Shown: positions 57,029-64,000 of the stretch, in pieces
Position numbering within the stretch: position 1 is the first letter of the stretch
Layout of the letters: each line of letters starts with the position of its first letter
Made by a program: the position numbers and the translations under genes
Assembly: GCA_963721245.1 (NCBI GenBank)
Contig: CAVRIL010000004.1
Span: forward strand, 6,110-70,109
Origin: an uncultured Methanoregulaceae archaeon
GTDB taxonomy: Archaea; Halobacteriota; Methanomicrobia; Methanomicrobiales; Methanospirillaceae
DNA length: 64,000 nt
Direction of reading: 5' to 3'
Notes under the pieces: generated by a model
What the model was told of the DNA's origin: nothing
Database searches by the model: none
The model's input: the letters and a program-made list of their open reading frames with translations, nothing else

Positions 57029-57445
57029 GGGAATATTCGTAATTTTGTGGTTTCTTAATAACCGGGCACCCCCATTGGGAGCAATCCGGACGATCAGGTA
57101 TCTCTACAAAAACATAGTTTCGAAATGAACAAGGGAGGCGAGAGTAAGACCATTCATGAACGATGGTCTTCTTGGGAGCAGATCCTGGTCAAAACCGTTT
57201 TTAGTGTAATATTATATGTTGTCATTGGGTATAGCCTGATGGGAAGAAGTCCCTCACCTTCCCGGTCAGGAACTGCACCGTCATGTGACTGTAATCCTGA
57301 TATCCGGGTCTGATGCTGATGGTACCAGAACAGGAAATCCTGATGAATCCCCGCGAACACAGTATTTCCCGATGATTACATCATCCGATTCAGCATCTGA
57401 AGGGAATTCTAAATCTGTCTTCAAGGGTAATTCTTTTTCAGGATT

Positions 57446-57901
57446 ATGACCACAATTGATCTCCTTTTCATCCCAATTGCATTTCTTTCCGGTGTTATTG
57501 CAGCGTACCTCTATTTCCGCCAGCGGACCAGCGTGATCGAAGAACAGGCGAGAAATGATCTCGAACGCTGGAAGATCGAATGATGTACAAACACAATCCG
57601 GAAAGATTCCGTCAACCGCTCCCGCTCCACGCTGAAGGGCAGGATCTCCGGGCAGATGGCCCCGCTCCTCCCGGAGTTCCCGTACTCGCCCGCCGATGCC
57701 CGGTTCATCGGCAACCCGATCGATTTTGTTGTTTTCGACGGCTATACGAAGGTGAAGGATGAGAATGGCGATTCGATCAGCATTGTGCTTGTCGAGGTGA
57801 AGAAAGGGAAGGGAAAACTCGCCCGTGAAGAATCGCTGATCAAACGGGCGGTTGAGGAAGGGCGGGTTTCATGGCAGACAATCGTCATTAAGGATGAATG
57901 A
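57446..57901 (+). CDS. Archaeal Holliday-junction-resolvase-like endonuclease (Endonuc_Holl) with in-frame TGA at 57581
   Basis: N-terminal TM, IRKDSV.RSR..L.G, QMAPLLP.F, DARFIG.PIDFVVFDG, VEVK.G; the frame is continuous across the TGA. Confidence 0.82.
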
Positions 57902-58088
57902 AATGTCGATTTCGCGTAAAGATCTATCCTGATTTAAGGACGAAGTGACAGAGCTCATTGTACGTTCGCTGCACATGGCAACCGGATCCGGATACCTGTC
58001 AGATCGGAATAATTCCCGCAAAATAAGGATGTTTCATCAGGCTGACTGATGCTTCCTCAATGAAGACCCCTGTTAACATTAAAAAAAC

Positions 58089-58289
58089 GGATCTGTAGAA
58101 ATCCTTTTTCAAAAATTTGAAGCCCCCCTTGCGCCATCCCTGCCCCCATTGGGGGCGGGGGCGCATAGGATTCCTCTGAATTACCGGGAAATCCCGATCC
58201 GGGTAATACAGCATTATCGCGACTGGGGCGCCACAGCGGCGGGGCGAAGCCCCTGGAGCGTCGTCAGGATGGAGGTTTTCTACAGAGCC
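58089..58289 (+). mobile_element. MITE copy C (201 bp), divergent subfamily
   Basis: TIRs ggatctgtagaaatcc / ggttttctacagagcc; shares the core attatcgc..tgggg..gccacagcggcgggg(g)cgaag with copies A and B; internal hairpin gccccca-t-tgggggc. Confidence 0.7.
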
Positions 58290-58296
58290 AAAAAAA

Positions 58297-58962
58297 TTAT
58301 GCCGTCCCGGCACTGTCATAGACGATGGTGATATACCGTGTGGCAAACAGGATAATGACGGGGAGGAGCAGGAGTAACAGGATGAAACCGATGAACGGTA
58401 TAGCCATCAGGATGATTTCCAGTATACCGACGATGATGACCAGGACAATCAGGGAAAAGATATAGTTGACCCATCCTATTTTGCCGATATGATCAAGGAT
58501 GGCGCCGAAGTTGAAGGCCTCTCCAAAACTGCCGGTCCGGGCAAAACGCACATTGGCAATCGTAGAGATCAACCCGATGATGATCGCGACAACCAGAGTG
58601 ATCAGGATACCAACGAAAACTGCACCCAGCAGTCCCATAAAGGCACCGGGATGGGTATAAGGATTGGGACTTCCCATGAACAATGCAAGGCCGGCACTGC
58701 CGATAACGGCAATTTCGAGGATAATTATCGGGAGGGCGTAAATGATACCAACAATAAGGAGTTTGATGCCGTCAATGAACATGGTTCCCCAGTCATCAGG
58801 TTCCGGTGAAGGGGTGGCACCCCGGTAAATCCTCATCATGTACCCCATGATCAGGGGGAATATGATACAGCTGATCAGGAGCAGTAACCATGTATTCCAT
58901 TTACCTTCAAGACCTTCCTTTGCATAATCAAAGGAATCACCAACTATCTTACCAAAATCCAT
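58297..58962 (-). CDS. DUF4013 family membrane protein
   Basis: MDFG..V.DSF.YA, GY.MRIYRG, W..MFIDGIKL, FARTGSFGEAFNF. Confidence 0.88.
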   Translation of the reverse strand: MDFGKIVGDSFDYAKEGLEGKWNTWLLLLISCIIFPLIMGYMMRIYRGATPSPEPDDWGTMFIDGIKLLIVGIIYALPIIILEIAVIGSAGLALFMGSPNPYTHPGAFMGLLGAVFVGILITLVVAIIIGLISTIANVRFARTGSFGEAFNFGAILDHIGKIGWVNYIFSLIVLVIIVGILEIILMAIPFIGFILLLLLLPVIILFATRYITIVYDSAGTA

Positions 58963-59196
58963 ACTGTCACCTTTACTCTTGACACACACTGTTGTCACCA
59001 GTATGTGAAATCACTACGTTAATAAAACAAAAGGGTATTTACCCTTATTTCCCGGTTTTTTGTCGTCAGAAGGTTATTTTCTCATTCTTCTTCAATCCAA
59101 ACTCCCTCCATTCACTTCTTTATTCATGGATATCTTGCAGTCAGTGGTCCTGATCACCGAAAAAGGAAACCTGGGCAGTGTAAAGGTATGAGATGA

Positions 59197-59958
59197 TCAC
59201 GCGTTGAATCTCTTATAGAGACGGTTTGCAACGATCTGGAATACGAGGATGAAGACGCAGAGCATCGCGACATCGATCAATGGATTGAAGTGGGAGCTTC
59301 CCTGGTACGCGGACTGGATAAGATCATTCCCATACGTAAGCGGTGAAAAGTACACGGCGATCCTGCCAATAGAAGGGATCGCATCGATCGGGATAAAGAC
59401 CCCGGAAATGAATATAAGGGGAAGCCTGACCATGTTGAGCATGGACATGATATCGCCGGGGCTCTCGGTGGGGTAGGATGCAAACAGGGTCCCCATCGTG
59501 GCAAAGCAGAAGGCGGTGAGGATAACCCCGACAATAAGCGGGAAAAAATTCAGGATCGGGGTTCCGAAAATGAGCAGGCCGGCAATGAACGGTACGAGTG
59601 CGATACCGCTGCTGTACAGGAATCCGCTCAGGCTCTCGCCAAGCACCACCGCATGCAGGGAGATGGGTGCTGATACGAGCCGGTCGAATGTCTTCATCCG
59701 GCGCTCGATGGGGATGGATACAGGTTCTATGGATGAGGCGGAGAAGAGAATCGTAATGGCGATGAGTCCGGGGATCATGACCGATGGCCCGGCGGGTTTT
59801 CCCACGGCAAATGCCAGGAACATAAAGAGCGGGAACAGGGCGCCGGAAACGATGATGTTCGGCTTGAGATAATAGATTGCAATATCTTTTTTTGCGATCG
59901 CCCATGCAGCGTTCAGTTCGGCATAGAGCTGGGAATGCACCTGTATGGATTCATTCAA
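59197..59958 (-). CDS. ABC-2 type permease
   Basis: ERRMKTFDRL.SAP, LPLIFISGVF.P, SPLTY. Confidence 0.88.
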   Translation of the reverse strand: MNESIQVHSQLYAELNAAWAIAKKDIAIYYLKPNIIVSGALFPLFMFLAFAVGKPAGPSVMIPGLIAITILFSASSIEPVSIPIERRMKTFDRLVSAPISLHAVVLGESLSGFLYSSGIALVPFIAGLLIFGTPILNFFPLIVGVILTAFCFATMGTLFASYPTESPGDIMSMLNMVRLPLIFISGVFIPIDAIPSIGRIAVYFSPLTYGNDLIQSAYQGSSHFNPLIDVAMLCVFILVFQIVANRLYKRFNA

Positions 59959-60907
59959 CGGTGCTCACCCCTTTTGTCCGGATCTCAAGCCCGGTCAGCT
60001 TGATGAAGACGTCCTCAAGGCTGGGCCCGAACGTTGACACGCTGAGTACCCGTGCGTTATGGGACGTTCCGTACTCCATAATTGCGGCGATCACCGAGGA
60101 GGGATCTTCGGTGTAGAGCCGGAATTTATCGCCTTCCTTCCTGACCTCGCTCACCTTTTGGATCTGTTTTAACTCTTCAAGCCGCCCCGGGACTGCCGTA
60201 TCGAATGCGACCTCGATCGACTGGACGCTCTGGATCGTCTTTTTCAGCCGTTCCGGGGAATCGATGGCTGCAATCCGCCCCTTGTTAATGATCGCCACCC
60301 GGTCGCAGGTAAGATTTGCCTCCTCGATATTATGAGTCGTCAGGAATACCGTGACCCCCTTCGAATTGAGGTCGCGGATCACGTCACGGATGATGATGTT
60401 GCTCTGCACGTCCAGCCCCGAGGTGGGCTCATCGAGAAACAGGAGCCGGGGCCTGTTGATGAGCCCCATCGCCAGCGTGAGACGCCGCTTCATGCCCTTT
60501 GAAAAGTCGTGGACCCGGTTGTTCTTCCGTGCAGAGAGCCCAAAGAGGTCGAGGAGTCGCTGTCCCCGTTCCTCGCGTTCTCGTTTTCCTACGGTATAGA
60601 GTTCGGCAGTAAACATCAGGTTCTGCCATGCGGTGAGATCGTCATAGATATTGGAGGTCTCATGAACAATTCCCAGTTCCTTCCGGGTGGCAATGGTCTG
60701 GCGGATAATATCCTTTCCGAAAATGGTGGCCGTCCCGCTGGTCGGAGCACTGATACCGGTCAGGATACGGATGGTGGTGGTCTTTCCGGCACCATTGGGA
60801 CCGAGAAACCCGAATGTCTCGCCTTCGTTCACGAAAAAACTGACATCATCCAGTGCGGTCAGCGTACCGAATTGCTTGGAAAGATGCGAGACCTCGATCG
60901 CATGCAT
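59951..60907 (-). CDS. ABC-2 type exporter ATPase (DrrA-like)
   Basis: [46 protein letters not shown]. Confidence 0.92.
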   Translation of the reverse strand: MHAIEVSHLSKQFGTLTALDDVSFFVNEGETFGFLGPNGAGKTTTIRILTGISAPTSGTATIFGKDIIRQTIATRKELGIVHETSNIYDDLTAWQNLMFTAELYTVGKREREERGQRLLDLFGLSARKNNRVHDFSKGMKRRLTLAMGLINRPRLLFLDEPTSGLDVQSNIIIRDVIRDLNSKGVTVFLTTHNIEEANLTCDRVAIINKGRIAAIDSPERLKKTIQSVQSIEVAFDTAVPGRLEELKQIQKVSEVRKEGDKFRLYTEDPSSVIAAIMEYGTSHNARVLSVSTFGPSLEDVFIKLTGLEIRTKGVSTVE

Positions 60908-61060
60908 AGTATCATGGTTCCGGGTGCAATGGATTTTAAACGTTTCTTTGTGATACCCGTTTTCAGACCGGTGGGAAGGCACGGGAAAAGAAAAGGCGAA
61001 GGGAGAATACCGTTGGCAGCCCGGCTGCCCGTTCATCCTGGACAAAAGGGATTTTGGGGA

Positions 61061-61838
61061 TTATCCCTGAGTCTCGTGACGGGGAAATGCCACCTGGGGC
61101 CGCCGGACAACAAAGGATGCGTCCAGGTTTTCTGCCATCGTTTCTGCCATTCCGGCCGGAACACCCATTGCCATCATGTCGGCCGGGAGGTTCCTGTTCT
61201 GCGTCGGGTCCTGGGGGCCCATGAAGGCGGAATGTTTCGGTGCCTTCTCAGCCATCCCTGCCGGGTAGGTGATGAAGGTTGAGCATGAGGGGCCCCACGG
61301 GACGATAACCGGTGAGAACGGGTCGTCACGGTCAAAATGGATGAGTGCCGCCATGTTCCGAATCTGCTCGGCCGTGCCGAAACAGCAGATTGACCGGATA
61401 CCGGGATTTTTTTCAGGAAGGGTATCACATGCCTGCACGATGAGATATTTTCCCGGGGGGGTGACCTTCCCCGAGTGCTTTAAAACAACGTTCCACCAGA
61501 TCAGGACCTGCCTTCAGGTACTCTGCAGCCCCGCCCCGGACGTCCTTCTTCCCGGTGGATACGAAGTACCTGATGTCCTCCGGTACCGGCTGGAATCCTG
61601 TATGAGCAAGACCACCGGGACAGCAGCCTTCCTTTGAATCCGCACTGACATAGATTGCCGTAATCTCATGTTCTGTAGCCATTCGGTAGAGTGAAACGGC
61701 AAAGCACCGGTTTACTTCCGGAAGGTGGAGTGCACCTCCAGGCAGGGTCTCTGATCCGTACACTGCAAGCGGCCGGGTTGAAAGCCTGAATGCAGCTGCC
61801 AGTCTCTCCCCGATTATTCTGAAATTTCCTTTGGTCAT
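61061..61838 (-). CDS. DUF169 family protein (frameshifted)
   Basis: PLAVYG, GCCPGG..H.GF, EYLK, AEQIRN...L, PWG.SC, DP..R..LP.D. Confidence 0.75.
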
Positions 61839-62181
61839 GATCATCGCCTCGTTTCTCCCATTATTGGTTACCGGATCAGGCTCCTTGTGTATATACCCTG
61901 CCCTCTTCTCCAAATGCCTTCTCCTTCATACGTGTGAAGTGTATTTCAGCGAACGGTGACCTGAGCGGTCGTACTATGGCATGGTGGACCGGTTCATTGC
62001 AACGTTATTGGTCCATCTGTCTCGTCGCTTATGTTCCCGATGGGTCGGATAGTAAATCTATAAAAATATCGAAAACACCTGAAAACAGATTCACTTCCGA
62101 TTTTGAAACATCGCACTATCTTTATTGCCCTCATGGTGCACATACCCCCATGACCCTCAACGGGTTGGATGGTTGATATGA

Positions 62182-62920
62182 ATGAATGCCTCAGATTTGT
62201 CAGGCAGAGTCGCGATTGTTACCGGCGCCTCATCCGGGATAGGGCGTGCAACAGCACCAGCTCCTTGCAGAAAAAGGTGTACACGTGGCACTCGTTTCAA
62301 GGACTCCTCAGAAACTGGAGGAACTTTCTGAAGAACTTCCCGGATCGCGTGCATTTCCCGCAGATATGACGAAGATCTCCCAGATCGGGAGGATGGTGAA
62401 GGATACACAGAAACACTTTGGAAGAATTGACATCCTTGTCAATAATGCAGGACAGGGGTATGATGCACCCATCGAGTTGGTCGATGTTGGTACCTTCCGT
62501 TATATCTACAACCTGCATATCATCGGGCCCGTTGTCGCCATGCAGCAGGTTATTCCTGTCATGAGAAGGCAGGGCGGGGGGACGATCATGAATATCAGTT
62601 CCGGGACCGCACTGATGCACCTCCCGGGGATGAGCCCGTATGCATCATCCAAACGAGCCCTGGCCGGCATAAGCCTGGCTGCACGGCAGGAACTTGAAAA
62701 AGATAAGATAGTGGTCACCGTTGTCTACCCGTACATCACTACTACCGAGTTCGAGAGGAACACCATCCGGGCAATCCCGGTACCGGAAGATGAAATAGAA
62801 CCAACCGGCCCTTATCCGGCTGATTCTGCGGAGTATGTTGCAGAAAAGATCGTTGACGGCATACTGAGCGGCGATGCGGAGATCTTCTCCCACGACTGGA
62901 TGAAGGATAACCGGGTCTGA
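62182..62920 (+). CDS. Short-chain dehydrogenase/reductase (frameshift near the 5' end)
   Basis: VAIVTGASSGIG, IDILVNNAG, NISSG, YASSK. Confidence 0.9.
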
Positions 62921-63044
62921 CTGCCGTAGGCACATGTCCAGGGATCTGAAAAAAGCAATGGGGGATTATTAAGGAGCGTGATGGGCACCATTTTCTGGAA
63001 TCGGTTACCGGATACAGGAACTAGTAAGGGGAAAAGGATAGAGT

Positions 63045-63430
63045 ATGACATTAAAATCAGTCAGTATACGGTACATCGTGAACGATGTGGATGAGGCAAT
63101 CGGTTTTTACACAAAGATGCTTGACTTCAGGGTGGATATGCACCCGGCGGAAGAATTTGCGATTGTGTCGAAAGGAAATATGCGGTTACTGCTCAGCAGA
63201 CAAGGAGGACGGGGAGGCGGAGGGATGACGATGCCGGATGGCATTTTCCAGGTGCCGGGAGGCTGAACCGGTTCCAGATTGAGGTAAATGACCTTGAACC
63301 GGTGGTACACGGGCTCAGGGATGCCGGTTGCATATTCCGGAACGAGATCGTGAACGGTGTCGGCGGAAAACAGATCCTCCTCCAGGATCCTTCGGGAAAC
63401 CTCATTGAGCTGTTCCAGTACTTCGCATGA
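63045..63430 (+). CDS. VOC/glyoxalase family protein (frameshifted)
   Basis: IRYIVNDVDEAI.FY, PGG(W)NRFQI, GGKQILLQDPSGNLIELFQ. Confidence 0.88.
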
Positions 63431-63780
63431 CCCAACTGTAAGAAATTTCAGTCATGTCATGCCAGAGGTTCAAGGGAATGGTAATTCCGGTTTCCTCTGC
63501 CGGACGCATGGGAAGTGCCCCGAAATCCTTCAGATTTTTTGGAACGGTTCAGCGTTGAAAACCTTTCAGAGTATATTTTTTTCAGGACCCGGTGACATGG
63601 TTTTTTCCGGTTTTAATTGCCTCTAAGCAGAAATTAAAATAAAAGATTTCACCAAGAAGAAAAAAAAGGCGACAGGTTATTCGGGCAGACGGTATGACGG
63701 GTACTGCAAGGAATAAATTCTGAAACATCTTCTTTCAAATAAAAATCGTACGGGACAAGGACCACCCTGAAGGAAACTCT

Positions 63781-64000
63781 ATGAAAAAACCACAACGTAC
63801 GGAACATACCGGGAATCCGGAAGCCGAGACGGAAAAAAAATTCATCGCCCGTGCAGAGACAAGGATATACGCCTCTCCCCGGAGAGTGTGGGATGCACTG
63901 GTAAACCCGTAATTATCCGGCGTTATATGTTCGGTGCCACGGTTGTATCGGACTGGAAGGAAGGGAGTTCCGGTTACCTGGGGGGGTGAATGGGAGGGAA
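63781..64000 (+). CDS. SRPBCC/AHSA1 domain protein (partial, runs off the window)
   Basis: I.ASP.RVWDALVNP, then (shifted) IIRRYMFGATVVSDWKEGS..TW.GEWEG. Confidence 0.78.

Noticed and set aside
63260-63270. TGA at a Trp position of the VOC gene as recoding
   Set aside because: The downstream protein continues in a different frame; a lost G in tgg explains it
2945-64000. Widespread split genes as programmed frameshifting, phase variation or mass pseudogenisation
   Set aside because: The breaks hit unrelated genes, are mostly 1-nt indels often in G/C/A runs, and leave catalytic motifs intact. Long-read consensus error is the simplest explanation; short-read polishing would decide.

Overview
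This looks like an accessory-gene region of a methanogenic archaeon, most like Methanomicrobiales/Methanoregula. That assignment is an inference from DUF2769, DUF4013 and DUF169 proteins, an archaeal Holliday-junction-resolvase-like gene, PEGA proteins, many AGC-lipobox proteins with Thr/Pro linkers, and TATA-type promoters. About 70 CDSs are recognisable, and I found no rRNA, tRNA, CRISPR array or transposase. Roughly 40% of the genes are broken by 1-nt indels, often in homopolymers. I read this as long-read assembly error, so many CDS coordinates below are manual re-joins of ORF fragments. Highlights: (1) two exported glucose/sorbosone-dehydrogenase-family beta-propeller lipoproteins, one apparently fused to tandem cupredoxin domains of which the first has lost its Cys/His/Met copper ligands, lying near fasciclin, COG4315 and 12-Cys lipoproteins; (2) three copies of a ~200-220 bp MITE family with IS5/IS903-like terminal repeats and a conserved structured core, two of them bracketing a KTSC/erythromycin-esterase cassette; (3) a bacterial-type arcC-arcA arginine-deiminase operon; (4) a densely base-paired non-coding segment at 2-227; (5) a flavodoxin, 2x DUF2769 and radical-SAM cluster, and a 2H-phosphoesterase plus HNH pair. 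All family assignments come from motif recognition by eye; no searches were run.
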